The notes: generated by a model not told the origin, from the letters alone. A DNA stretch of 64,000 bases from Antedon mediterranea (GCF_964355755.1 NC_092671.1:34048304-34112303); one strand, 5' to 3'. Shown: positions 1 to 14,343, counted from the stretch's first letter. Numbers and translations are program-made.

Positions 1-3000
1 TAACAATATTAAGTTATCTTATTCACTTTTCAACTTGAAATGGCGTTCTACGAGCACGTTAAACATGACTGGTAGCGCACGAAAACGTCAACAAATTGTG
101 AAAATGTTGCAAAATATGTCTACTTTTAAAAGTGATACAGTTCATCAGAATGCAAGGTTACCCCCATTTTTTATTTTATTTTATTACAGTCTATGAATCG
201 TAGGTCTGATTTATTATAGTGTTGAATGTTAAAACGTGTTTGATTGCTACATTATTTGCATATTAAATATAATTTTCGAAATTTTTATCATCAAACAAAC
301 AATAACATATTCAAAGAGAAAAACAATAAACATAACGTTTATCTTTTTTCTTTACATGTTAATATATAAAACTTGAAAGTATGCACTTTGCTAATATGTC
401 ACTGTTTAAAATTTGTGAAGATTTCATCATAGTAAAATTTATGATTTAAGTTTGATATGTAATAATCAACTTGCATCGATGGGATTCACGACATACCGAA
501 TGAACGAGGACTCTTTCTTCGGATTTTCTTCAGCAGGTGCAAATATGGCTCGATGTGTAGTGCAACCGACTTTGGTATCAGAGGTACCGGGTTCAAATCT
601 CATCACGGGAAAACAATTAAATAAAAGGATTTGTTTGGTTATTACACTGAAAGGGCAGTTTTAATTTTGAATTGGCTACTTTTTGGAAAAGTCATAACTG
701 AGAAGTACTTTAATTCGCAAGATACGTTTTGTTGCTGGCGGATAACCAAACTCGTCCTCAAGTGACGAGTTCAGATCTAGTTGGTTATCCGCCTCAAGCG
801 GATAACCTTTGTTATTGTAGTGTTACTTTTTTTTTTATTGGTTATCCGCCTCAAGCGGATAAGCATTTGTTATTGTAGTGTTACTTTTTTTTTTTTTTTA
901 TTATTCTTCTTTCTTTCTCAGATGTTGTGCACGCGTTTTCTCTTCAACGTGTTAACATAAAATGTTGTAACTTGGTCAACATTTAGACATTTATCTGAAG
1001 ATGTACAGCCAAGCTTTTGGACGCTGTCAGATCCGCGTAGCGTAAGTCACGCGCGATTTTCTGAAAATCATAAATCGGTCATAACTTCGAAACCGATAAA
1101 TATTTTTTAACGAAATTTTCAGCCACGTTTTCTTCACATCAATGGCTAACTTTTGGAATGTTTAACAAATTTTTGGAGATTAGAAAGTTTTCGCGTAAAT
1201 TGCGTTTGAAATATTTTACTCTTCTTATTTTGTGCACGCTGTTTCTCTTCAACGTGTAAACATAATATGTTGTAACTTATTCAGCATTTAGACATTTTAC
1301 TGAAGTTGTCCAGCCAAGCTTTTTGACGATGTCAGAGCCGCGTAGCGTAAGTTACGCGTGATTTTCTGAAAATCTTAAATTGGTTATAACTTCGAAACAA
1401 ATGAATATTTTTTAACGTCATTTTCAGCCACGTTTGCTTCACATCAATAGTTAACTTTTTTAACGCTACCGCAATTTGTAACATTAGAAAGTGCGCGCGT
1501 AAACGGCGTTTGAAATTTTAAAATGCTTCAAATCAATTTCTGATTAAATTAGAGCACGATTCAGGTCATTTTAAGCGTTTAAAAAATTGCCACTGGTGCG
1601 CACATTTTTACGCGCGCACGGCGCAGGGAACACGTATGAGCATTTATTTTACACGATTTGTGTTTTTAAATCTTCGGTTAACAATTTTACGTTATTTTAT
1701 TCACTTTTCAACTTGAAATGGCGTTCTACGAGCACGTTAAACATGACAGGTTGCGCACGAAAACGTCAACAAATTGTGAAAATGTTCCAAAATATGTCTA
1801 CTTTTAAAAATGAAACAGTTCATCAGAATGCAAGGTTACCCCCATTTTTTATTTTAATTTCTTGCAGTGTATGAATCATAGGTCTGATTTATTATAGTGT
1901 TGAATGCTAAAACGTGTTTGATGGCTACATTATTTGCATATTAAATATAATTTTTGAAATATTTATCATCAAACAAACATAAACTTATTCAAAGAGCAAA
2001 ACAATAAACATAACATTTATCTTTTTTCTTTACATGTTAATATATAAAACTTGAAAGTATGTACTTTCATAAAATATCAGCGTTTAAAATTTTTGAAGAT
2101 TTCATCATAGTAAAATTTATGATTTAAGTTTGATATGTAATAATCAACTTGCATCGAGGGGGTTCACGACATACCGAATGAACGAGGACTCTTTCTTCGG
2201 ATTTTCGTCAGCAGGTGGTCATATGGCTCGATGTGTAATGCAACCGACTTTGGTATCAGAGGTACCGGGTTCGAGTCCCGTCACGGGAAAACAATTAATT
2301 AAAAGGGTTTAGTTGGTTATTACACTGAGAGGGCAGTTTTAATTTTGAATAGCCTACATTTTTTGGAAAATTCATAACTTGGAAGTACTTGAATACGCAA
2401 GATACGCTTTGTTGCTGGCGGATAACCAAACTCGTCCTCAAGTGACGAGTTTAAGTTCTAGTTATTCTTCTTTCTTTCTCGGATTTTGTGCACGCGTTTT
2501 CTCTTTAACGTGTTAACATAACATGTTGTAACTTCGTCAACATATAGACATTTAACTGAAGATGTACTGCCTAGCTTTTTGACAATGTCAGATCCGCGTA
2601 GCGTAAGTTACGCGCGATTTTCTGAAAATCTTAAATCGGTCATAACTTCGAAACCGATAAATATTTTTTAACGAAATTTTCAGCCACGTTTTCTTCACAT
2701 CAATGGCTAACTTTTGGAATGTTTAAAAAATTTTTGGAGATTAGAAAGTTTTCGCGTAAATTGCGTTTGAAATATTTTACTCTTCTTATTTTGTGCACGC
2801 TGTTTCTCTTCAACGTGTAAACATAATATGTTGTAACTTGTTCAGCATTTAGACATTTTACTGAAGTTGTCCAGCCAAGCTTTTTGACGATGTCAGAGCC
2901 GCGTAGCGTAAGGTACGCGTGATTTTCTGAAAATCTTAAATTGGTTATAACTTCGAAACAAATGAATATTTTTTAACGTCATTTTCAGCCACGTTTGCTT

Positions 3001-5583
3001 CACATCAATAGTTAACTTTTTTAACGCTACCGCAATTTGTAACATTAGAAAGTGTGCGCGTAAATGGCGTTTGAAATTTTAAAATGCTTCAAATCAATTT
3101 CTGATTAAATTAGAGCACGATTCAGGTCATTTTAAGCGTTTAAAAAATTACCACTGGTGCGCACATTTTTACGCGCGCACGGCGCAGGGAACACGTATGA
3201 GCATTTCTTTTACACTATTTGTGTTTTTAAATTTTCGGTTAACAATTTTACGTTATTTTATTCACTTTTCAACTTGAAATGGCGTTCTACGAGCACGTTA
3301 AACATGACAGGTTGCGCACGAAAACGTCAACAAATTGTGAAAATGTTGCAAAATATGTCTACTTTTTAAAATGAAACAGTTCATCAGAATGCAAGGTTAC
3401 TCCCATTTTTTATTTTATTTTCTTGCAGTGTATGAATCATAGGTGTGATTTATTATAGTCTTGAATGTTAAAAAGTGTTTGATGGCTACATTATTTGCAT
3501 ATTAAATGTAATTTTTGAAATAATTATCATCAAACAAACATAAACATATTCAAAGAGCAAAACAATAAACATAACGCTTATCTTTTTTCTTCACATGTTA
3601 ATATATAAAACTAGAAAGTATGCACTCTCATAATATGTAACTGTTTAAAATTTGTGAAGATTTCATCATAGTAAAAATTATGATTTAAGTTCATTATGTA
3701 ATAATCAACTTGCATCGAGGGGGGTTCACGACATACCGAATGAACGAGGACCCTTTCTTAAGATTTTCTTCAGCAGGTGCTCATATGGCTCGATGTGTAG
3801 TGCAACCGACGTTGGTATCAGAGGTACCGGGTTCGAATCCAATCACGGGAAAACAATTAATTAAAAGGATTTATTTGGTTATTACACTGAAATGGCAGTT
3901 TTAATTTTGAATAGGCTACCTTTTTTTGGAAAAGTCCTAACTGAGAAGTACTTTAATACGCAAGATACGTTTTGTTGCGGGCGGATAACCAAACTCGTCC
4001 TCAAGTGACGAGTTTAGATCTAGTTATTCTTCTTTCTTTCCGCCACTTTTGTTCGCGACGTTTCTCTTCAACGTGTTAACATAACATGTTGTAACTTGGT
4101 CAACATTTAGACATTTAACTGAAGTTGTGCAGCCAAGCTTTTGGACGTTGTCAGATACGCGTAGCGTAAGTTACGCGCTATTTTCTGAAAATCTTAAATC
4201 GGTCATAACTTCGAAACCGATAAATATTTTTTAACGAAGTTTTCAGCCAAGTTTTCTTCACATCAATGGCTAACTTTTTCGATCTCTAGAAAATTTTTGG
4301 AGACTAGAAAATTTTCGCGTAAATTGCGTTTGAAATTTTAAAATTCTCCAAATTTGTACACGCTGTTTCTCTGCAACGCGTTAACATAACATGTTGTAAC
4401 TTGGTCAACATATTGACATCTAACTGAAATTGTGCAGCCAAGCTTTTGGACGCTGTCAGAGGCGCGTATCGTAAGTTACGCGCGATTTTCTGAAAATCTT
4501 AAATTGATCATAACTTTGAAACAGATAAATATTTTTTAACGTAATTTTCAGCCACGTTTGCTTCACATCAATTGTTAACTTTTTTAACCCTAACGAATTT
4601 TGTAACATTCGAAAGTGCGCGCGTAAACGGCGTTTGAAATTCTAAAATGCTTGAAATTAATTTCTGATTAAATTAGAGCACGATTCAGGTCATTTTAAGC
4701 GTTTAAAAAATTGCCACTGGTGCGCACATTTTTACGCGCGCACGGCGCAGGGAACGCGTATGAGCATTTCTTTTACACGATTTATGTTTTTAAATCTTGG
4801 GTTAACAATTTTACGTTATTTTATTCACTATTCAACTTGAAATGGCGTTCTACCAGCACGTTAAACATGACTGGTTGCGCAGAAAAACCTCAAAAAATTG
4901 TGAAAATGTTGCAAAATATGTCTACTTTTAAAAACGATACAGTTCATCAGAATGCAAGGTTACCCCTATTTTTTATTTTTATTTCTTGCAGTTTATGAAT
5001 CATAGATCTGATTTATAATAATTTTTAATGTTAAAACGTGTTTGATGGCTATATTATTTTCATATTAAATATAATTTTCGAAATTGTTATCATCAAACAA
5101 ACAATAACATATTCAAAGAGCAAAACAATAAACATAACGTTTATCTTTTTTCTTTACATGTTAATATATAAAACTTGAAAGTATGCACTTTGCTAATATG
5201 TCACTGTTTAAAATTTGTGAAGATTTCATCATAGTAAAATTTATGATTTAAGTTTGATATGTAATAATCAACTTGCATCGAGGGGATTCACGACATACCG
5301 AATGAACGAGGATTCTTTCTTCGGATTTTCTTCAGCAGGTGCTCATATGGCTCGATGTGTAGTGCAACCGACTTTGGTATCAGAGGTACCGGGTTCAAAT
5401 CTCATCACGGGAAAACAATTAAATAAAAGGATTTGTTTGGTTATTACACTGAAAGGGCAGTTTTAATTTTGAATAGGCTACTTTTTTGGAAAAGTCACAA
5501 CTGAAAAGTACTTGAATGCGCAAGATATGTTTTGTTGCGGGTGGATAACCAAACTCGTCCTCAAGTGACGAGTTCAGATCTAG
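1..5583 (+). mobile_element. Head-to-tail array of about 1.56-kb non-autonomous Helentron/HINE-like units (family A)
   Basis: Units end at 780, 2461, 4023, 5583 with gcggataacc + hairpin actcgtcctcaagtgacgagt + CTAG followed by T. The 5' palindrome ggttatccgcctcaagcggataacc is at 783 and repeated at 841. Internal about 300-bp subrepeats; no coding capacity. Confidence 0.75.
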
Positions 5584-5633
5584 TTAGGTTATATGCATGA
5601 TATGCATATAACCTCTTGATTCTGTCAGAATCT

Positions 5634-5676
<43 letters not shown>

Positions 5677-8490
5677 TTCTTTCCTTAGCACTATTTGTCC
5701 GTCAATTATCTTGGCATCGGTTTTATCTATCTAAGTCAATTTTTCAGAGTATATTCCTTATGGCCAGGAATCGATGTGGTTATGTTTTCACGGTGCGCAA
5801 TCAAAAATTACGCGGTCTACGCGCGATTTAACAAAATCACGTTTGTAATCATATCTTCACAAACATGAATCACTTTTAAACAAAATTTGGTACTCATAAA
5901 TTTCAGGTCATATTTCATCATATGGCAATACAATTACGTGCGTAGCGCATATAACGCATGCGTACGCGCGCTTAAAATGTTGAAAATTGTCAGAATTTAT
6001 TTTCGATGAAATTAGAGTACGTTTCAGGCAATTTTTAGCGTTTAAAAAATTGCCATGAGTGCGCAGATTTTTGCACGCGCACTGCGCGTCAAACGTTAAT
6101 GCGCACTGTTTGTGTCTGATTACTGTTGTATAACCTTACTTTAATAATATCATCATATTTTATTCACTTTTCAACGCGAAACAGCGTTATACGAGCACGT
6201 CAAAAGTGACGGGCTACGCACGTGTAAGTTAACAAAATGGTGAAAATATGCTAAATTTTAAAATTAAAATATATCGTTAGAATGCTCGGGAACACCTATT
6301 TTTTATTTAATTTTCTTGAAGTGTATGTATCATATGTATGATTTATTATGAAATTAGAAGAACAAAAGTTGATTAAGTCATCATTAATGGCATATTAAAT
6401 TTAACAAAATTAATTTCGACAATCAAACAAATTATAACATTTTCTTAGGCCAAAATAACAAACTTAACGTTAACTTTCTTCCTTAAGAAGTTCATATATT
6501 AAAGTTAAAAGTATATAGTTTGACAGTGCATCATTTTTTTAAATTTTTAAAGATGTCATCATAGTAAAACATTATAATTCATTGCGGTATGTAATAATCT
6601 ATCTGCACCAAAGTGGTTACTGCATAGTAAATACACGGAGGAATTTTTCTCCAAGTTTTATTCAGTTGTGTATGGCTCGATGGTCTGTGCTCGTGTCAAT
6701 GGCATTCAAGGTACCGAGTTCGAGTCTCACCTTGGGAAACGAAATAAGATTTTTTTTTTATTATCCGTATTGTTCAAATTTATTTCTTAGTGTATAGATT
6801 ATACACATGATTTATAATGAAATCTAGATAAAAAGTTACTTTATGTCTTTTTTATTATGTAACAACAAATGCGGTTTATGACATTATACGCAGAGGGATC
6901 TTTGATCGGATTGTGATACCGGCTATGGTGTTCGCGTTAGCAAGGTCCTATCATATATTATAAATAATTAAAGATTCTGAGAAAATCAATCAATCAATAT
7001 ATCTTTTAAAAATCAACTATCTTTATTTAAATCAATGCATATAACCTATAATTCGTCATAGTGACGAATTAAATCTAGTTTATTTATTCTTTCCTTAGCA
7101 CTATTTTGTCCGTGCATTATCTTGGCATCAGTTTAATCTAGCTAAGTCAAGTTTTCAGAGTATATTCCTCATGGCCAGGAATCGATGTGGTTATATTTTC
7201 ACGATGCGTAATCAAAAATTACGCGGTCTACGCGCGATTTTACGAAATCACGTTTGTAATCATATCTTCACAAGCATGAATCACAATTAAACAAAATTTG
7301 GTACTCATAAATTTCAGGTCATATTTCATCATATGGCAATAAAATTACGTGCGTAGCGCATATAACGCTTGCGTACGCGCGCTTAAAATGTTCAAAATTG
7401 TCAAAATTTATTTTCGATGAAATTAGAGTACGTTTCAGGCAATTTTAAGCGTTTAAAAAAATGCCATGAGTGCGCAGATTTTTGCACGCGCACTGCGCGT
7501 TAAACGTTAATGCGCACTCTTTTTGCCCGATTTCTGTTTTACAATCTTTCTTTAATAATATCATCATATTTGATTCAGGTTTCAACTCGAAATTGCGTTA
7601 TACGAGCACGTCAAAAGTGACTGGCTACGCACGTATAAGTTAACAAAATGGTGAAAATATGCTAAATTTTAAAATTAATATATATCGTCAGAATGCAGGG
7701 GAACACCTATTTTTTATTTCATTTTCTTGAAGTGTATGTATCATATGTATGATTTATTATCAAATAAAGAGAACAAAAGTTGATTAAGTCATCATTAATT
7801 GCATATTAAATTTAAAAAAAATAATTTCGACAATCAAACAAATTATGACATTTTCTTAGGCCAAAATAACAAACTTAACATTAACTTTCTTCCTTCAAAA
7901 ATTCATATATTAAAGTTAAAAGTATGTAGTTTGACAGTGCATCATTTGTATACATTTTAAAGATGTCATCATAGTAAAAAAGTATAATTCATTTCGGTAT
8001 GTAATAATCTATTTGCATCAAAGTGGTTACTGCATAGTAAATACACGAAGGAATTTTTCTACAACTTTTAGTCAGTTGTGTACGGCTCGGTGGTCTGTGC
8101 TCGTGTCTATGGCATTCAAGGTACCGAGATCGAGTCTCACCTTGGGAAACGAAATAAGATTTTTTTTTATTATCCGTATTGTTTGTTCAAATTTATTTCT
8201 TAGTGTATAGATTATACACATGATTTATAATGAAATCTAGATAAAAATTAACTTATGTCTTTATTATTATGTAACAACAAATGTGGTTTATGACATTATA
8301 CGCATATGGATCTTTGATCGGATTGTGATACCGGCTATGGTGTTCGCGTTAGCAAGGTCCTATCATATATTATAAATAATTAAAGATTCTGAGAAAATCA
8401 ATCAATCAATATATCTTTTAAAAATCAATTATCTTTATTTAAATCAATGCATATAACCTATAATTCGTCATAGTGACGAATTAAATCTAG
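5584..8490 (+). mobile_element. Two tandem about 1.41-kb Helentron/HINE-like units (family B)
   Basis: 5' palindrome aggttatatgcat-gat-atgcatataacct at 5586 and a (TTTA)n microsatellite. Units end at 7078 and 8490 with atgcatataacct + hairpin aattcgtcatagtgacgaatt + CTAG followed by T. Confidence 0.75.
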
Positions 8491-8924
8491 TTTTATATAA
8501 ATTCTCTTTCATTGATGACCCAATTAAATTAACAGCTATTCTATTAAGTTGATAGTTTTATTGTTATTTAGGCTTACTATAAACAGTGGTTAATGGCACT
8601 CTGTATAATAGGATAAACGTATACCTATCAATACAATACAGTAACAATGTATAATAACAAAGTTGTGTAAAAAAAAGAAAACTATTATCTATTGGGTCTC
8701 ATTGACTAGATAATTCTGCGGGGACAACCTTATAATATTAAAAGGACATGGGCACTTTAGAGTGCCCCAAATGGTTGATGAAAGCTTGACAATATGTTTG
8801 TTCTATCACAAAAAACCAACAACAAATACCAAAAAACTGATAACAACATGAACAAAGACCAAGGAGGAAAGTGGCTGCCACACATATATAATGACCTGAT
8901 AGAAGCGAGACGGCCGGCCGGGGC

Positions 8925-10017
8925 GCGATTTTTTTTTTCGTACATAAGTTGGGGACCCCATCGTGAAACGTCACAAAATAAACATGAATAATTCATCAGT
9001 TAAATTTTCTTGTTCCGTGTGCACCCAAGCGTATAGCAACAAGAAGTGATTACACAAGTGCGGTACGATTCTAGGCCTATCTCCGCTGATTTCATAATAG
9101 AATAGCGGAGTTTTGTGTGTCTCTAAACCCCTGTATATTCTAGTAGTAGCTGTGTGGGTGTGTGTGACTTGTGTCTTTGGGCTATGTCCAATTACTACTT
9201 AGTTTAATGTTTTGCCTAGCTGTCGATTAGCCTCGACACATTTTGCATAGTGGACGTGTGTGTGAAGAAGAGTGCGCGAAGGCAATCACGTGAATTGACC
9301 TAGAATCCTATACTAGTCCTATTATTGTAGAAAGAATCGTATCGCAGTTGTTGTTCCGTGTGCACCCAAGCGTTCTTGGACATAGCCCAAAGAAAGCTTA
9401 GACCCACAAGAATAAAGAATGTGTATAATTTGTGTACTGTATTTTTTAAATTCTGCTATCAATTATCAAACAATATGCAATGTACTCAAAGGAACTTTAA
9501 AAATGCGCGTATATGAACACATGAGATGGGAAGATTTGACCCACGAGAATAAAAAAATGTATTTTTGTGTAATGTTTATTGTTTAATTTTGCTGACTTAT
9601 TACTCGGATTGTGTCATACCAAAGATAGTGTAACTATCTTTGGTCATACCTAACACACACACACACGTCACACACATCCACACAGCTACTACTAGAATAG
9701 ACATGGGTTTAGAGACTAATAATTAGGTCTAATAGTATCAATAGAAACTATAATTTTAACACGTAATTCTTTAGTAATAAATTATATTAAAAAACACCAT
9801 AAACTAAAGGCCGATTATTTCGACAATCCACACAAAACGCCGCTATTCTTCAACAGCGGAGATAGGCCTAGAATCGTACCGCACTTGTGTAATCACTTCT
9901 TGTTGCTATACGCTTGGGTGCACACGGAACAAGAAAATTTAACTGATGAATTATTCATGTTTATTTTGTGACGTTTCATGAGGGGGTCCCCAACTTATGT
10001 ACGAAAAAAAAAATCGC
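8925..10017. mobile_element. Non-autonomous Mutator (MULE)-like MITE, copy 1
   Basis: About 165-bp terminal inverted repeats starting GCGATTTTTTTTT; exact 9-bp TSD GGCCGGGGC at 8916-8924 and 10018-10026. Confidence 0.8.
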
Positions 10018-11035
10018 GGCCGGGGCGGACCCCTAAGGGTTTCACCCAGCGGTATTCAAGTAATAGCTCAGAGAGGGCGCATGTCACAACAACATCACGT
10101 GACTATGCCATGATCAGTGTCGGCAAATCAAGCTGACACCACTACCTTGAAAAAGTGCGATGCTAACGCACGAAATTTTTACCTTCACTAAAAGCGAAAA
10201 TTTAATTTCAAAAATATTTTGGGAAGGACATGATTTTTTCAATTTCATCCAAAAATGATTACATTCATTTATATCGTTTATTTAAACAAAAATTGATATT
10301 ATAACTTATGATTACGATTGTTATTTCTTCAGTGTAAATCAATCATTTTGGTATTTTTCCACGACAACCCCTATTAAGGGAGTAATTTCAGTTGTTGGTT
10401 TGTGTTTCCTGGATAGAAAACACCCATATTAAAGGAACACTTTGGTGGTCACGAAGGTATCCCTTTAATGGTGATTCTACTGTACTTTGTGAAGAAGCAA
10501 TGTAATCTAAAAATTAACCAAAATAGGCCTATACTTTTCAAAATACTGATGCTGATGTCCCATTTATATCAAAAAGTAAAACAATTATCAATAAAACAGA
10601 CGACATATTATATTAATTCATTGTTACATTTTTATTTCTTTGTAGTATAACAAAATGATAATCAATTATTAACTACTATGAAGTAAATGTTTTACTATTG
10701 TGTAGGCCTACGCATTATTATATTAAATTGTAAATCTGCATTATTTATGGGTTTTTTTTATCAATCAATGTTAACTTTATTCGGTTTTTTTTTATTATTA
10801 GTGTTTGTTCGGTGATTGTCTATCAAAGCAGATAGAATCATGTGTTAAACGATGAAGCAAAATATTCAGCTTGTCTAAAACAAAAGTCTTTTGCCTTAGA
10901 AAGATACCATTCGTTTTAATATAATTAATTAATCCAGTCTTTAGGACATGAAGACATACGTAATAAACAGCGTATACCATCTGTTCCTCTACGCATGATG
11001 TCATGCACATTCAAACCTATAAAAAGAAGGTGAAT

Positions 11036-11155
11036 TTTTAATCGCCTGCAAGGCGACTCTACAGCTCACTATATCGGTTGGTAGGTCGGTCGGTTGGTCG
11101 GTTGGTCAGTAAACACTAACTTGAGCACGCGACTGCGGCTATGTATATGGCCTTG
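11036..11155 (+). mobile_element. Minimal DINE/HINE-like element (family C)
   Basis: Degenerate 5' palindrome, GGTC/GGTT microsatellite, cacgcgact subterminal repeat and ggctatgtatatggcc hairpin, in a T-rich site. Confidence 0.6.
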
Positions 11156-11294
11156 TTTTTTATTAAAATCTTAAACGAGCTACGAATCTATTCACATGCA
11201 ATAAGTGACCACAAGTGATCAAGGATGAGTTTTGTATTTTCGAACATAACATACACATAACGATGTGACATGTAGATCGATTTGTAAGGAATCA

Positions 11295-12503
11295 TCTATA
11301 TATAAATTTACGTAAGGGCAAAATTCGGTAAATCGCGCCTTACTTTTAGAATTTTTACTCGATGGTATTTAAAGTTGGTTCGTACTTTCGGTACTGATTT
11401 TAACCACCTGATGTAACCCTGTTTACTAATTAAATTAAGTTAGATAATTAGTTATTGACTATTAAAACGATAGGTTCAACGATTTGCCCCAGATAGGGGT
11501 GTTTTCCGATCGTGGTATACACTGTTTAATGGATGTCCATCTTGAAAAATACCCGCCACAAAAATGCGAGGAGGCTTCGCATTTTCATATCTCCTCCTAC
11601 GATAATTGTTTTTAATAGCTGAAAACCGGTTGAACAGCTCGAGTACAGTATCATAATGTTGAAGACAGGCCGATTTTCTTAAAAAAATACTATTTTGATA
11701 GATTTAATATACGTTTATACAAATGTATTGATTTGCGATGAATGGAACATTCCAATCTCTGTGTCGTTCCACAAGTGTCTTTTCCCTCAGGCGTCGTAAA
11801 GGAAAGTAGTGTACTCATAACAGAAATTCGATCCATTTTTTTTTTTCAATCTGTGCTGCAGAGGTTGGATATAATTTTTTTTAAACGGATAATGAGCTAA
11901 CGTTTTCAGTCGCCGTAATTTAATATTTATTACAGATTAAATCGAATTTATGATTTGCACCGAATAGAGGTGGTTTTCACAAATTGTTTAACATTATATA
12001 TAAACATACGTCGTAGTGTATCGTTACATGTACTGTACTATTTCAATCGACTACGACGGTGATAGTTTCAACAAAGTATTACATCGCAATGTTTTACTGT
12101 GTTTAGTGGTATATTATTTGTAAAACATGTTAATTAATATTTCGTTACAAAATAAAGAATATATTTAAAAATTGTTCCTCTTTGCACCCATCCTCTTCCC
12201 CATCTCTCAACCATAATGTTACATACAAAACACAAATTAAGTTTGTTTAAATTTGACATAAACAATTGGTCTCATTTTGTGACAACTTTCTCTTTCGGAA
12301 GTAATTCCCAGTGTGCTAATTTTAGTTGAGTACATAAATCACAGTGTCTATTTAATCGTTCCTGTAAACGACATATATTATTGTCCTGCATTATTGTACA
12401 TTTGAAATCACCAGTTTTTTAACGCTGAAATTACTGTGTATTCGAGAACCATCTGTGGGCACGACCTAGATGGTACGCGAGCGAAGCGAGATGTAACATC
12501 TAG
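11295..12503 (+). mobile_element. Non-autonomous Helitron, copy 1
   Basis: A/TCTATATATAAATTTACG start, GC-rich 3' hairpin region, CTAG/T end, no TSD. Confidence 0.8.
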
Positions 12504-13997
12504 TACATTAAATTCCCGCAAATAAATTTGCCTGGTGGAAAAGAGGATTTATATTAACACTAATTAGTTATTGTAATACTTGGTCTAATCAGAAAAAGAA
12601 TATTAAATAATATAATCATAAGTTTCAAAGCTTACAACATTACTGTATATTATGCCTATATAATATATATCGCTATTCTATTAAATCGTCTCCCGTTTTT
12701 TTTTTTCTTATTATATGAATTTCTTCGAAAACCATGGAAAACCTCAATTTTAATGAATGAAAAATAAATAAACATTTTATACCTAAATTTATTATTATTA
12801 TTTTGTATAACATTTTAGGCTATTAAATATGTTGTATTTGTTTCAATTCATTCATTGAAATTTCATTATTAATTGACAAATTACAAAAACATGAAAGTTA
12901 TTTTGTGTCCTCTTATAGAATTATGTTTTGTTGAGATACGATGTTTTGGTAAAATAGCGACGATATGCTTAGATTAATTAAAGTTTATTAAATGTTCTTA
13001 CGTGGTTGCTTGCCAATGTATTTCTCTTCGTCTGTGTAGAGAAAGAAAGGAAAATTAGCCGCCGCTTTCTATTATATAAACAGGTAAACCATTATTTAAT
13101 CTATGTATGACTTACATCTCTACTTCTTGAACTTCATATGTGAAATATGAAGCGAAATTTAAATTAACTTTCAAATACATTTTTCTTACACATTTTTCAT
13201 TTCCTTGTTGCAATATTGTAACAAGTATTTAAACAAATCATGGAGAAAATAGCGCATATTGTACCTACCAGTTTTGACAACTTTTTCTAGAAAAAAAAAT
13301 CAAAGAACTCATATAATAGCGATAGGCCTATATCAGTTATTTCCTAATTACTGAACCCAAAATGAGTTATAGAAAACTTAATAGGTAAATATTAGGAATG
13401 ATAATCAAAAAGAGTTATAGCCAATGAGCACATGTAGTAATCTATATCTGTGTATATTTGGATTTTAAATTAACATGCGTATTCATTATATTGTAAACAC
13501 ATTATAGTAAACGTATTAGTTATACAGTACTTTGTTGTCCTGAAAATGATGCGTTGGCAAATTGTGCGTTCAAAGTACACAGCAGTAAGACAATCAACAA
13601 CGAGGTTTGTAGGATGCTAAAACAGAATTATTAAAAGTGAATAGCAATCAAAAATTTAATTACGAATGGTATTGATTTAATAATAGTACTATTGAAATAA
13701 AATGTGGTTAGAAATTAGAAAACTTGAAATGTATTAGAGTACTATAGCAAAACAAAACCTAATTAAATACCACAACGTTTAATAGTATTAAATCCCTGTA
13801 ACAGCAACTATTCCGTGCCCCATGCAAGGGCTGACCCGTTGAATAGTTTACTAGTTCCTAACTAAAACACCTATTACTTATAATAAATACTAGTAAAAAC
13901 AGTAGATTGGAGAAATCATTCTACATCGATTATTAAAGTAAATAATGTATTAGTAACAGCATACGTACCGTGTAGATGCCATGATAATAATGTTTAA

Positions 13998-14343
13998 AAT
14001 GAAATAGAGAACGATGAGTTAGATTCAATAGTGCTGCTACAGTTTATAGAAAACGATGAGTTAGATTCAATAGTGCTGCTACAGTTTATAGAGAATGATG
14101 AGTTAGATTCAATAGTGCTGCTACAGTTTATAGAGAACGATGAGTTAGATTCAATAGTGCTGCTACAGTTTATAGAGAACGATGAGTTAGATTCAATAGT
14201 GCTGCTACAGTTTATAGAGAACGATGAGTTAGATTCAATAGTGCTGCTACAGTTTATAGAGAACGATGAGTTAGATTCAATAGTGCTGCTACAGTTTATA
14301 GAGAATGATGAGTTAGATTCAATAGTGCTGCTACAGTTTATAT
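13998..14343. repeat. 42-bp minisatellite, about 8 near-identical copies
   Basis: Unit tatagagaacgatgagttagattcaatagtgctgctacagtt repeated without spacers. Confidence 0.95.

Noticed and set aside
452-8210. Recurring 60-95 aa ORFs in the arrays
   Set aside because: They recur because the DNA is repeated; non-ATG starts, shifting stops and no domain signal.
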